This document shows positions 1-13,507 of a stretch of 64,000 nucleotides of DNA, in pieces (the stretch's first letter is position 1; the number at the start of each line of letters is the position of its first letter). The translations under genes and the position numbers were made by a program. The stretch is from the NCBI GenBank assembly GCA_973895155.1, contig OZ316897.1:12709375-12773374 (forward strand), read 5' to 3'. Source of the stretch: Marsupella aquatica. Its lineage: Eukaryota > Plantae > Marchantiophyta. The notes under the pieces are model-generated. The model ran no database searches and was not told where the DNA came from. It saw nothing but the letters and a program-made list of their open reading frames with translations.

Positions 1-328
1 TTGAGTGGGTGGGGAAACTTCCTTATTGAATGAATTGGATCTACTTATAGCCAAAAGGACCAGGTTCGAATGAAGCACTAAATCGTAACTTTTATGCTAC
101 AAGTTATAATTTCCATTGCAAGCCATGTGTTGATCCCCATAACTAGTAGAACCGTTAATATGGTACATGGTTTGTTTCGCACCAGAAGTCTACACTTGCT
201 TTCAATGAAATAGTCAAGGTTCCTCGACTTCTTCAAAAGCAGTCGTCAATTCAAGGCTAGGATGTTTCGACGTCTGTTAATTTCACTGTATGCTAGCTGT
301 CAGCTGATTTCAGGATATCTCTTTTCAG

Positions 329-697
329 GTGGTGGTCAATGTTTACGGAATCAACATGGATCCGAAGGTGTGGAGTAACCCGGAGAAGTGGGATCCAGAT
401 CGTCTCCTGAACGACAAGAGTATTGACTTGGGTTTGAAAGACTTCCGCATTATGCCTTTCGGTGCTGGTAAACGCATATGTGCGGGAATGTCACAATCCA
501 TGTTCATCATTTCTATGAACCTTGCTTCGTTTGTCCTCCACTTCGAATGGAGCTTGCCTCCCAACGATATCAATGCTCAAAAGGAAGCGGTTGAAGATAC
601 AGCATTCTTCACCACCCACCTACTCCATCCTCTACAAGCTGTAGCAAAGCCACGAGTCGGCTCGCGGATCAAGTATGAAGGAGAAGCAATAAATTAA
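329..697 (+). CDS. Cytochrome P450, terminal exon; CYP701/ent-kaurene oxidase-like (5' exons not identified in window)
   Basis: Acceptor cttttcag| at 328/329. Heme-binding motif PFGAGKRICAG, meander variant WDPDRL (PERF-like), and a C-terminus TTHLLHPLQAVAKPR resembling CYP701 TTHKLHP...KPR. Confidence 0.85.
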   Translation: MVVNVYGINMDPKVWSNPEKWDPDRLLNDKSIDLGLKDFRIMPFGAGKRICAGMSQSMFIISMNLASFVLHFEWSLPPNDINAQKEAVEDTAFFTTHLLHPLQAVAKPRVGSRIKYEGEAIN

Positions 698-1149
698 ATC
701 GCTAGATATGACCTGTATGAGTTATGCTTTGCATGAAAGGTACACTGAAGTACTCGTCCAATTGTGATTACCCAAGATAAAGAGCTTAATATGTTAGAGA
801 CTCTTCGTTGTGAACAAGAACAACGGTCACTGTATCTTTGTAGTGCGCAAGTACTCCTTCGAGTTTACTGTACTAAAAACGTTCATGCTGACCCTGGGCT
901 ATCGTCTCATGTGAGAAACTACGTTCGAGGGTGCGACTGTCACCGAGGAGTTTCCGAAATAGAGAGGTTGATAGGTTAAATTTGCAGATTTCTAAAGCCA
1001 GCTATAACAGACTCGTGGGTTAATGTGCATGTGTGTGTAAATCTAGCTACACATATGAGGTTTCGAAATATATCCTGAAAACAAAACAGTATTCTACGGC
1101 AAATATTCAGCAGTTACAGATCAAATTCGGCCATATGACGTAGATAATA

Positions 1150-1270
1150 TATTTTTTCGTATAGCTACATAGTAAATAAGAACATAGACTCAAACATTCT
1201 AAAGATACAAAAATGGTAATTAAATCATTGGCGCCACAGAGAAGCATCCGCAAAAGAGTAATAGTTAAGC
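1150..1270 (-). pseudogene. ndhB: Nuclear copy of a plastid ndhB fragment (NUPT)
   Basis: Minus-strand translation [31 protein letters not shown] matches the NdhB core ([26 protein letters not shown]). Locally AT-rich; flanks do not continue as ndhB. Confidence 0.85.
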
Positions 1271-1854
1271 AGTCCTCTAATCTTATGATTGTATAAAGCC
1301 GCCAGGATATCAGAGTGCGATAGTTCAAGCCCAGGGAATTCAGACCTTTAACTATCGGGAGCGACGGCACCGTATCCATCTTTTGGATTCTTATCTTACC
1401 GGGCTTAATAATGAGGTAGTTTAGACATGGATGTTCTGATTCGTCATGTTTTATCAAATTGTGAAGAAATGAAAAAGGGAGAATCATACCTGAAGAGAGG
1501 TTGAACCACAATGTTGTGCAAGGCACATCCTTCATATGAAACTTTCTGAGGTAACTACGGTAGCATTAATTGAGTGCGTGACGCCCAATTTACTGTGATG
1601 ATGTGAGGTGCATTTGTGTCTGCTGATGTCCTGCAACCAAGGTGGATTTGAGTTGGATTCGTCGTGGAATACGTCACGATCAATGACTCTATATTGCTGC
1701 TAGGGTCAGTTTACTGTGTTCTGGCCCCTTTCGTTCTTGGTTTTTAGGATACATATTTTAGTCAGCACTACGGCTGCAGTCTCTTCACATAGTGCACACC
1801 TTTGTCAAAGAAAAATAATATTTATTTATTGTTCTTGTCAAAATGCAATTGCCC

Positions 1855-1927
1855 TCCGTTGTAGTCTAGATGGTTAGGATACTCGGCTCTCACCCGAGCG
1901 ACCCGGGTTCGAGTCCCGGCAACGGAA
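1855..1927 (+). tRNA. tRNA-Glu (anticodon CTC)
   Basis: Acceptor stem TCCGTTG/CAACGGA, anticodon arm CTCGG-CTCTCAC-CCGAG, T arm with GGTTCGAGTCC B box, no encoded CCA, T-run at ~1951. Confidence 0.97.
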
Positions 1928-4900
1928 CGCTCCCGAGCAAAGACTACCACTTTTGGTGTCCTCAAGGTTGGGGCCATTACCTCTTTTGGTGTCTCCAATA
2001 TTGGAGCTATCGTGTCAAACATCAGAGACATGTTAACATTTCCAACCAGTCAAGTGGGACTGATCTCTCTATCAAGAAATTTTTTGCCTGGACACGTCTA
2101 TACAGGCTCTGAAAATTTCACCCATTTGGTTTTTGGTGACGAAGCAGAACCATCAGACCCGACCAAGTGACCTTTAACAAGACAGAAAAAGTCAGGTCCT
2201 AGATCGAGCTCCTGGCGAAGTGACCTTAACATGAGAGAATTTTTTGACGAATCAGGCCCAGAAATCTCCTCGATCTTGCCTACCGTAGTCTTGGCCACAT
2301 CTGTACTTGAGGTCAAACAAACAGCTGGATAATGTGTTTTTCTCTGAAATCGTTTGATGCAAAAAAGATGTACAAGTGGATGGATGCAAACTAAATACAG
2401 AGATCTTCTTTAGCATTTATTGTATCCCCTTCCCTGAAGCTAAACGAGCAATAGATTAAGTTTGTTGTGTAAAGAACGGGGTAAAGAATGCTGAAAAATT
2501 TTAAATGTAGACTTATAGCCATCATGACGATAGAGGTTGAGGATGAGTCTGTTGCTTGCTCACGAAATTTGCCATCGGTGACATGGACAGAGCTATATAT
2601 TAATCAATGCAGCAAGTGTCATTGCTACACCAAGCACGGACTCTGCCAGAGACAGTGTCTTCGTACTCATCGAAAAGTCAAATTCTTCGAACGTAGGACT
2701 CGTTAGCCATCAAGCAATTTGAAACTTTAGTTTAATAATAGCTGAACCTCTGGAAATTCAACCTGAGTAAATCAATGGATCTAAATCTTATTTGGTCATT
2801 CGTGACCTCCTACCAAGACAAGGTACCAACGCCTCTTTCTGGTGTTCAAAGCTGTAATTCTCTTGTTCTTATAGCCATCGTTAATCTATGCCTGCCCAGC
2901 CAAATCCAGGTTCTATCTTATCAGAAGTAGTAGATCAGCAAAACAGAATCTTGTTTCTGCCAACTATAGAACCCATTCCCCAGAAATTCCCCGAGAATAT
3001 TTGTAGATTTATGTATTCAGGGTTCATTAAACAAACCAAGTGAAGTCCATTGTGGTGAGATCTCACAACTAGAACTTGTATCCCTAAGTAGGTAGTCCAA
3101 CATACTGCGACCAGATTCTTGAGAATATCATACTAGCAAACATATGGAGTTGGGAAAGGGTGAAGGAGTTTTCCCTGTAGCCCAGAAGAAACGAGAAAAA
3201 GATCTGTTCAGTCTTCTTGTGACGAATCAGTTCTTTGGTCATGGTCAAACTTCAAGCACGCTGAAGACCTTTCACGAGAACAATGCCCTCCTGAGGGCAC
3301 TACACATCGTCAGGCTTCACTATACATCGTCACGATGAGTTCACCGATAATGGCAATACATTATTTCTGTCTTTCGTTTGCAGGGATCATAGTCATAGTC
3401 ACATAAAAAATTAATGATTTAACGCTGACAATGTTAAAATATAATTTGTTTCTTTGATCAAGTAGACCATCATAACTACGCTGAGCTTCATTAAGGTTCA
3501 CAACTGAAGATAGGAGCAGACTAGACTGCTGGCGTTTCCATCTCTCAATTGGAAATCATTATAAGTTTGTGGTACATATTGTCAGGTGCTTTGATCATTT
3601 CCACAGGCATTGCCTGTCACCGTATTCTCGTCAGTTCTCGCAAATAACTTTTGGATTCTTGGAGATAATTATACCGGTACGGAAGGTGATACGATCGTCC
3701 AACAGTCCGAGGAGTCAACCAGCCGGGGAACCGAACGTCAGCACACATCCATTTTTACTTATCCACTTGAGTTTCCACACATCGCCAGCAATTTGAGTTC
3801 CTCTTAATTTTCTCATGACCCTTGAGCCTCCTGGTCTTCAACTTCCTCTAGATTTCATTTTCCCTGGCGATCCGTCAGGCTCCACCCTTCTCACTTCGGT
3901 GTGTAACGTGATGTGCGAGCTCCTCCTCTCAATTGGGCAGAACATAAAAAAAATCGATTTCGTTTCAAACACAACCTGTAAACTGTTGATTTAAGCAGCT
4001 CGGAAACGTCTGGACAAACTGACATATTGGCGAGAATTGGAGCGCCGGCTTTTAGCTCAGGGATCGATCTCGCAATCTTTCGTTTGCTTTTGAAAGGTTT
4101 TTCGCCCACAGCATCGACGCTTGTCGTGTGCATCTGAGCCTCACATGCTACACCGCAACACTAATTAAATCATCAGCTTGAGAGTCTCTATCTTACCGTA
4201 CTGTTGGAACCTCTAGCAAGATTTGCCACAAATACGTTGAACCGTTGTCATAAAATGTCGAAAGAAGCTGATCATACACCGCCCGACCAGAAGGACCAGG
4301 GGGATGAGGATAGGAAGAAGGTGACTGCATTGACAGGAAATGCCCACCTGAGAAGGATGCGGGGCTCTCAGACGACATCCACAATTTTGGACGAACAGCG
4401 AAGGGAGTACTCATCAACATCCTAAAGCTAAATGTTCACTTGGAAAAACAGAGGTGCGGTGGAAGTTCTACTCCAGGTACCTCAGCCACACCAAAACTGC
4501 GAAGAGCAATCAACTCGCCTGATCCTCCGCTGGAAAGTGAAAAGCGGCTTTCAGATATCACATCGGAACGGGCATCGGAAGTATGGGATACTTAATTCGA
4601 TGTTTGGGATACATGGGCAGGGATTACAAGGGATACATCGGAGAGGCCGACACAGAAGAACTAAGAGCGGATATTATTGATCAGGCAGGTTGGGGGCAGC
4701 CCCGGAAACTTGAGCCACATCGAATCTTGACAATGAGATTTTGTGACCGATCACAAAGAGGGCAAGACCGGGCCAGTCTACGGGGGGCAGTCTTGACACA
4801 CCCCCGAGCAGCACCAGTCTTGAGAACCCCCGGACACCCCCCGCTGCTCAAGAAATTTGTGTAACGGTCGCCACCAAGAGGGTGAGGACTCCGCAGTCCA

Positions 4901-5778
4901 ATGTGCCATTCAACGGTCAATTTCAGAATTCCCAAAATCAATTATGAGAACCACTACACCGCGATCAAGCCAAGACCAATCGGGGCACATCAGTCACGCC
5001 AGAAGGAAACTGTAAATGTACAATTTTAAGCAGGCTACTTCATGAGACAAGTTTACGCAAAAATCAATCACCGACGTGTGAATAGATCATCTTGTAGCAA
5101 TTGAGTTTAGCTTTGTCTGCGACTTCTCGTTACTGTTTAATTGATACAGACTTTTCAAGCCTAGACGTATGAAACTCTTCCTCTTCGTCAAGTCAGTTGT
5201 GTATATATATGGTCCGTTTCGGATATGTTGGAGGACGACATTTCTCTCAGGCCAAAGCTTACGAAGGTGGTGGTTGACAGCGCTAGTCAGTTGGGTCGTC
5301 CTTATACAGAACTTTACGGGACCGTTTTCTTTTTCCAAACATGCATGTATACGTCAAACAAGCCGTCAGATTGTACGTTTAGAAAAGCCGACGAAACGTA
5401 CACTAAGCTTTACAAGTCCGTCTCCCATTTGCAATGTCTCATTCGTGTCGGGAGAACGTTTCCTAGCTTGGTGTGTCTATCTATTTTTGTCTCGAGGACC
5501 AGGTCCTTGCTCGCAGCGGTGGCAATTGAGATTGCAAACTATGTTAAGGATTGAGTCAAGAATTAATGGACGCGGACTAATTACTTCCTTATCGCCAAAT
5601 CGTGAGGAAAACGTATGTTTACGTCCCGCTTGAATTCATGTTCTGTCCTTCTAGTGAGCTAAATACCCAGAGTGCGATACATGTTAGCTGCGGGAATGAA
5701 GCTTGCAGACTGCTTCATTACCAGGAACACCTCTCCTGTTTGTGACCGCCTGTTTCGGAATGAAGTCGAGATGTAAAT

Positions 5779-8471
5779 TCACATGAAAGCAACACCAGGG
5801 TAGGAAGCTTCGAAACTGGGATCCTCAAATTTGAAAAAATTGAGACCACAGGCCGATACGAGGTTGATCGGGGGATCTACAAAACTCCCATTCAGAATTT
5901 TCTTGGCCACCCCTTTGTAGAAGGCTTCAGTAAAATGTATCCCGTCCCAGTTTAAATACTCCTTGGGGTTGGCGCAAGGGCGACCGAATACTGGACTGCC
6001 GTTCAGGAAACCACTGCTCCCGCATGACACTCTCGGGTCGAAATTATGCTGTCCTCCGACGCCGCAACATGCATTCAGCTTCACCGAGTCCAACATCCCT
6101 GGTTGATGATTCACAGCGCCCACGATGTTAAAATACTTCGCCCAAAGTCGGCAGAAATATCACAGCAGCATTGTTAGGAAGGAATCACTGTTGGCAAAGA
6201 AGTCGAATGACGAGATTTTCTTAGGTTTCATCGGTCTTGTTATTGGTAATGTCAGAAGGTACCAACTCTGCTCACGCTCACAAACCTAGCCCCGTCAAGC
6301 TTGACTCCTGGGTTCTTCATAAAAACTCAATGCTCATCCTGATTACGTTGAACATACAGTTCATGCGAATTCTTCTCCATTTTCCACCCTTGGCCTATTC
6401 TCCGAATTGTGAGGGTGCCAAAAACTCGACCTAGGCATTCATGTACACCGGCGAAGTACTCACCGTAAGCTCCACAGTTGGAGAGGATGTCCATGTTCGC
6501 GGCGTAATAATCCACATGGATGATTGTTGCATCGAAAAGCCGTATGCGCAAGGCGAGGATTGTGAGATACAACTGCTTATTCAGTTCTTGTACTGCATTG
6601 TTGTAGTCTAGTAAACATCCGAAGTCGTCTATCGCCACTCCTGGAGCCTCAAAGTCATTCAAAAACAGAGGGGAGCAGCCTTCGGCGGGCACATTAAATA
6701 TCATGAAACTCCTCGCCCCACTGTTATAAAGAGTCTGCGAGTTACAACAAACCCTTAGAGTACATCGACTACCAATTAGGATTGATCCACCAAAAGATGG
6801 ATGCAAGCGTGACGTGATGTACTCAATATAGGGTCTAACTTAATTGCCTATGTTGAGATGGCCTAAGAGAGTGGCTCTAAGTTGAGCTTGCATACCTAGT
6901 GCCCATCTTGATATGAATCTCGAAGATTATAATTCCCATCCACAATTGTCGAAATCGTTTTAAGGGTTCTCATCCTAGAATCCAGAACTATGGGCGGTAT
7001 TTTGATCATATAGACGAGCGTAAGGAAGCCTCTAGATTGATTGTAAGCTTTGTAATTGAGATACTATCCTCGATTAACTGTATGTTCAAGCTGAAGACTC
7101 CTGAGGGACTGGTCCCTGTCTTCAAATTGGGCTAATCACAACTCATAATTTTCCTTAAGGTATTCACATTCATGATGATTGACAACGACAGTACTCTCTT
7201 GATGTTATCATGTCGTTGTGGTCACCAAAGCACAAGGCGGAAACGGACATGATCCATGACTCTATTCCATCATAGTACGCGATTCGAAAGATCATACTCA
7301 CCAAAACAGACTGAAATATCGAAGCCACCGTCTCCGGAACAACATTTTGCATCACTTGCGAGATGGTGAGTGGCCTCAAATAAGCCGTGGTCAGGTCGTT
7401 TCCTCCGATGGAAACAATGTATAAACTGTCGCTGAATGTTTCTTCTTTCGGTAGATTTCCGGGACAATATGTACATCCTACATGACAATCAGGCAGAGGA
7501 GGCACCTCGTGATGTAGACATTCGAAGCCACAGTTAATTAAGGGACGTAGAAACATACTTGACCATACGAAGCCTGCTGAGTAAGACTAATCGACGTGAC
7601 CATAGAAATGGTGCTGCTCACAAGTTTCTTTACCCAAGCTAGCGTGACCGCCATTGCAGTGGCAAGACAAAGACTAATACAATTTTTCCGAACAAAAGCG
7701 AAATCTCCAATGGGCAAATGACACACCAGTTACAAATAAAGCAGAAATTCTCTGGTACTTCATCAAATTCTGGTCGTTATGAAAATTATGCTAACACAGC
7801 ATTTGTTGCCCTCGTTGCATGGAGTGATAAGCAAAACGTCAAACGCTGAGTCGCGCGGTGAGGCAAGTGATGTGGTCAAAGAACTACATCCTCAAGCTAG
7901 CCCATCGTGGAGTGAACTAGAGAAACCGCAGAAGGTAATCAAAGCAATTAGCCGGGAGCAATGCTAGTGATCAAATATACAACGTGGATGCTCACGCACC
8001 TGGTTGGAGTTGAGCGTTGAATGTTCTCTGCTTGAATCCAAGAAATTGATCCACCTGAGCGATCAGGGAGAAGGGCGAGAAAGATGTGTCATTCCCGGCC
8101 GTGGCTCCCGCATACGCAAAATTCGCTCCTCGTCTCAGATCCGGAGAGAAGCTTTGTAAGTAAGGTGGAAGTAGAGGGAAGGAGAACGCTTGCGCGATAA
8201 AATCAAGGAGCAGCCTACCGTCCGAGAACCGACCTGCGGGATGCGGGAAGTAACTCGCCCCGTAAGGAAATCCAATGGCTGCGTTAGAGGTGGAAGGAAA
8301 TGCGATAGCTGCGTTTCCTGTGTCGGACAGAGAGTCTCCAAAGTTGAAAATGGCCGACGGACATGAGAAGTACTGCAGCTCCCGTTGGCCATTTGTGCGC
8401 ACAGCAAAGCTCATCATGATCCAGGTGAGGAGGCCGAGCTCTACGAGAGATAGTAGTATTGTTGACGACAT
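5779..8471 (-). CDS. GDSL esterase/lipase, secreted; 4 exons (8471-8000, 7477-7302, 6734-6464, 6098-5779)
   Basis: Hydrophobic N-terminal signal, FNFGDSLSDTGN, GRFSDGRL, GANFA, SIGGND, ACCG and WDGIHFTEA motifs. GT-AG junctions join in consistent phase. Confidence 0.95.
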
Positions 8472-9815
8472 CTCTCCCGTCAAGGCGGAAGGAATCCCCT
8501 GGAGGCCCACGCAGATTGCAAACCGTTGTCTTCAAGGCCTAAACAACACGAGCGTTACGTGGAGTGTACACGGCACAAAGCTAGGGCTACGGACCACCGC
8601 TCTACTCCTGCAGCGCAACTTGCCATACGTTCAGCAGAGCTTCAGATGTTTGGACATACCTTAATATTGAGATTTGGGACCGACAGCCAATTTGAAGGCG
8701 TGAACTTCAAGAATCCGGTCTCGCGAACTGAGACAGACACAACGACCATTTGACACCGGTATAACTCAATTAATAAATCACGACATTGACGTCGACTCCC
8801 GGGGACCCTTGGCATGGTGGAGGGCCCTTCGAATCCGCGAAGGCCGTGGATTGTGATGCTCTTCACACTTCAGAACGGGAATTACGGGTATATCGTTCCT
8901 CAATTCGTATTTGCGAGGCGTGGCCATTAGTGGGAACGAACGGAACTCGTGCCGGATAGTAAATTGCAAGCTGCGTATCTAACTAGATCAAGCTCTGCAG
9001 CTGCTTCTTCGGGACGTGCATGCCTGCCATAAGGTACCGTATTCGGTACCACATACCGTAACTATAAAGGAAGCTATGAGTTGCGATCTGATCGAGGTGC
9101 CATGAGAATAACATACAGTAATGCTACAGTACAGTACTGGAGTCCATTCATCAGCTCTGAAGGCACTGACTATGGACGTACTGATACGTACTCTGTGACA
9201 TGATTATGTGGCGCAGAATGGACAGGACGAACTGGCTCCGATCGCGAGCTCATCAGATACTCGGATTCAATGCAGATTTGGTCGTCCACGTACAGTACCT
9301 CCACACTGTTTTGCATCTCACGTCGAACCGAGCCAGAACTGACGACCGAACGTTGCTAACTTGACATCGACAGACACATCTCTGGATGCAGTTCAGCTCG
9401 ACCACAGCACTGACGAGATTCTTCTGCGTAGCCTACCTGAAGAAAGCCTACACGATCGATCGGCGTCAGTCTGTGGGTTGGGTTGGCAATAAATTACTGA
9501 TCACGACGGGAGATCGATCGCTTGCTAATCACGATGCTAGTAGCTCGTCCATATCACGAAGCAGGTCAAAGGAATTCGGAGGACTCATCTCTCGCTGCAA
9601 GTGAGGAAATTGATCGATAGAAGAAGCGCTCGATGGAGGCAATTTATCGATGTACCAATGAATGCATCGAGCAGTTCTCGGAGCGTTAGATTGCACGAAG
9701 CGGGACAAAGAAGGAGATAATTATAGTGAGGCAGGGACAACAACCCAGGGCAACAAAGGGAAGGCTTTAATTAGCAAGTCGTCCCTGGGGGCAGGGGGGG
9801 GGGGGAGGCTCAGTA

Positions 9816-9860
9816 ATACAAACATGTTGACATCAGGAATACAAACATGTTGACATCAGG
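9816..9860. repeat. Short tandem duplication (AATACAAACATGTTGACATCAGG x2) next to a G-run
   Basis: Direct reading; G-rich run at ~9787-9808. Confidence 0.8.
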
Positions 9861-10164
9861 TGCCAGCGCATTTTATTCATTTAATTTTAGGGAAGTAATT
9901 AGAACTAGCGAGGCATAGTATAATGCGAGTAAAGAGTTGGCTAGCATAGTGTTGTTAGCGAGATAGTAATTATGGTTTCATTTATTTTTTTACTTTTTGC
10001 TGCCTTTTATATATTTTGTGTTTTTTAATGACTCCAGATGGCTGGCTAGGTCACTAGCAAAAAGAGCAGTCCCAAAAATGTTTGCAAGGCAGTTGGATAT
10101 AGAAAAATTAAGGGTCATGTGACGAACATTTTTTGCTGGTGTGAGTAAAATTTTACTGTTTTAC

Positions 10165-10230
10165 TGTCTCCTGGCGCGCTACAATGACCCAGAAGTATGT
10201 CTCCTGGTGCGCTACAATGACCCAGAAGTA
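10165..10230. repeat. ~32-bp tandem duplication (TGTCTCCTGGYGCGCTACAATGACCCAGAAGTA x2)
   Basis: Two adjacent copies with one mismatch. Confidence 0.85.
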
Positions 10231-10339
10231 GCAAGGAAATAAGTAAAGGGGTACCAATTTCAAAAAATGTCACTTGTCATCAAGTGAATCATTGTTTGCC
10301 ACATGGTTTTTTGAGCTTCCTATTCCTTTTAAAGAAAGT

Positions 10340-11505
10340 GGTTAAATAGGGGCTGTCACACAGGGTATATGACAATTTCATAAGGTGAATCCCCCTAGAG
10401 TAGTCCATCAATAATGGCCGGAACAGTAAAGTTATCCGCAATGTGAGTGATTAAGGGCTACTGGTCGTGACTTGTACCTAAATTAAAGGGTGAGTTAACT
10501 TAAATGGAAACTTCAAGTACTCAGGGGCGAGAAACAGGGTGAATCCCGTTTTTTGTCCTTCCAACAGTGTCGGGCCCTTCTCACCGCGAGTTAGTGTCAG
10601 CCGCGAGTTAGTGCCAGCCGTGAGTTAGTGCCAGGATGTTCTGCTCTTTCCTGCCCAGGCCCATCGTGCCTCCAATGTTGCATCGTGCCTTCCTGCTCAG
10701 GCCCGACATTGCTCAAGCCCTCCGTAGCTTCAAGCTGCTGATCGAGCACAGCCTAGCTTCCTTGCCTCCATTGCTCCACACTGCATCGTGCCCCTGATTG
10801 TGCCTCCATCGCTGCTGCTCAGGCCCGACATTGCCCAGCCCTCCATAGCTTCGAGCTGCTGAGCACTGCAGCCCAGCTTTGGTTCCTCCATCGCTCCATC
10901 CTTGCCTCCATCGGGTATCTTCTGACTCAAGTGGGAGGTTAACTCTCTTAACTCACCTGCTTATTTACTTAACTCAGTTCTTACAAGGGAACTTTAGGAG
11001 AGTTTAAGGAAACTCACTTAAAAGACCAAATAGGGACTCTGGCCTTGAGTTTGGCCCCTTTACATTAAGGATAACTTTAGTAGGGTGTCTCAATCTTCTT
11101 CCTTTTGCCTCCTGTCACTGTCAAGCGAGTTTTCCCGGAAAAAAATGGCGGACACAAAAATGCTTGTCTATACACTCATGATCGCAGACCGAAGGTTTAT
11201 TTCTGCGGACCTGGAGGTTTGAAACGCCCTATTGGATTGAGAATCTGTCATAGGGTAGCACGGACCACCTGCCATGATGGCATGGCCATCACAAGGACAT
11301 ACATATGTATGGGCCTATCTTGGGCCCTGGATCGTATTTGCCTTTGTGCCAAAACCTGCCAATGTAATAGGGGTTCTCAAACCTTAAATTTGATGGAAGT
11401 GAAGGTTAGGGACACAAAAGTTACAGAATATTGAATTCATATTTCATAAGTTTTGGCCTTAAAGATTCACATAACCCTGTGAAAAGCTATATATGCCTAT
11501 TTGTT
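10340..11505. mobile_element. Degenerate non-autonomous DNA transposon/MITE-like relic, possibly nested
   Basis: Imperfect inverted repeats: TAAAGTTATCC..AATG (~10426) vs CATT..GGATAACTTTA (~11063); AAATAGG..CACAGGGT (~10344) vs ACCCTGTG..CCTATTT (~11474-11502). Internal 17-bp repeats (CCGCGAGTTAGTGYCAG x3) and GC-rich repeats at 10650-10915. No transposase ORF. Confidence 0.35.
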
Positions 11506-13507
11506 TATGGCCAAAGGTCATCATCCTTAATCACATGCGGTTGCCTCCCTTGAAAAAAAAAAACATCCTTAATCACAATCTTTGAGATGCTCTCTTTTTG
11601 CCTCAAGAGAACTAATTGAATTTCATCCAAAAAGCAAGCATACAATAGGGGGGGCTCACTAAAATGAGCGTCACCCAGGCTCGGCCAATTGAATGTCGTC
11701 ATGCCCAAAAAAAACCGGAGAGGCCGGAACCAGGAGAGAATCATGAGCAAAAAGTAGGCGGCTAAATCTATGGTTTAACTACTGCAATGGGAAAGACACC
11801 CGTCATATGACTGGCCAGTGAGAAAGAACCGGTAGGGTTCCACAGAGTGGGTCTGTGACTATATTCACATTCAGTCAGTCAGGTCTGCGGTGCCACTTCT
11901 ACACCTGAAAGGGGGGGGGGACACATGGATTACCTGCCCAGATACTAGATTTACGGGCTTTGAGATGCTCTCACTGTAAGTGCATACCCCATAAGTGCAA
12001 AACCTTGGCTAACTGCAAGGCTTCCTGTTCTTCTCTTTTTGTCCTGTGGAGTTTGAACTTTTTGTAAGTGCAAATTAATTGCCAAGAAAATTTTCATCAT
12101 GTAATTATTTCTAGGTTTCATCAGCAAAGATAGGTGCATCACACCATTATTTCCAGGTTTCACAAGCACCATAAAATATTTTGTTAGACTAAGTCAGGTT
12201 CAACCTTCAGTTCAAATTCAAGGAATTCAGATTTCAGTTGCCCAGGGGTTATTCCAAGCTTATATTGGCCATTGTTAATTGGTTGTTTCATCTTTCATCC
12301 ACAACCAAGTACTAGAAAAATCATACGACATACCACAAAGGATGCAACTTAGTGTTGAGTTGTCTAGCAAATAATGTAAACTTGCATGGTCAAGTCAACC
12401 TGGTTTCAACCTTTTGTGGGCCACCCCTGTTGTATGCTGGCTTTTTGGATGGAACTCGCTGAATTTTTCAAGGCAAAAAAAAAGACCAAGACAACACAAG
12501 TGAATCTGATTGTGTTAAGCCAAGAGAACCGAGTGATGTCGGACAAGATCAACTGTGTTACGCCAATAGACCTCCTTCAGGGAATGTGCACCAACCAATG
12601 TAAAGCTTCATTACCAATGGGTACAAGGAAACAGATGCTATAACAAATGTGGTATCGTGTGGTTTATAGCATTATGCACTCCAAGCAGCTTGTTCAAGAA
12701 CTATCACCAAGGCCTGAAGTGACCAAAGTTACTGAATAGTTGGCGGCTACAAATAACTGGTGATATTTTTGTTTACATGAGGCGATTCTTTTGAATATAT
12801 CCCTGGATTAATCAGTATAGGAGGATGATTTTGGAAGGATCAAATTTCTGAATGAATTAGTTTCCTTTCTGAAAATCAATTATGTAAAAACAAATAGTTA
12901 CATTCTGGGTGTTTATCATGCCCAGTCTTTGTTATTCTTGTTGTGAATTTTTTTATGGTTAGTGGGGGTAATTACTTTTGCTGGTGTTGCCACAAACACA
13001 AGTGGACGTATTTTTGCCCCTCCTCTCGTGCTAAACTTTATTTTCTTCTCGTTTCTGGAAAACGTCCATCTTAATTTTGATTTTTCGGGCCCAACGCCAC
13101 TTTACTGCGCTGGGCGCCAAAACTATTTCATTAATTATGATGTGCGCGAAATTAGTTACTCTGGGCGCAGAGTAAGGCAGGCGGACCCAGAGCTCTAAGA
13201 GGGAAAAGTGGCCGTCAACCTGTAGGCAGAGCTCTGTGACACTGCCGGGAAGAAACCACTTTTCTTGTGGGTGGGATTGCTCACGACCTTGTGCGTTTCT
13301 CTGATTCTTTGTTCAAATTTGTTTTCGTGCTGATCGCTCGATTCCGTCAACTGATTTTGATGCTCGTTGTGACTGACCTTTTGCTCCATTCGATATTGCT
13401 TGGAGCCGAATCGATCAATTTTGCTAATCATTTTATCTCATTGTTACCTTCCGTGAGTAACATCCGTTGTTGCTGCAGTGAATAGACTATTGTATTGTAC
13501 ATTGATA

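Noticed and set aside
1822-2112. ORFs overlapping the tRNA
   Set aside because: Incidental frames across tRNA-Glu with no protein motifs.
2000-5700. Numerous 60-150 aa ORFs between the tRNA and the GDSL gene
   Set aside because: No recognisable motifs or consistent exon chain; probably decayed repeats or intergenic DNA.
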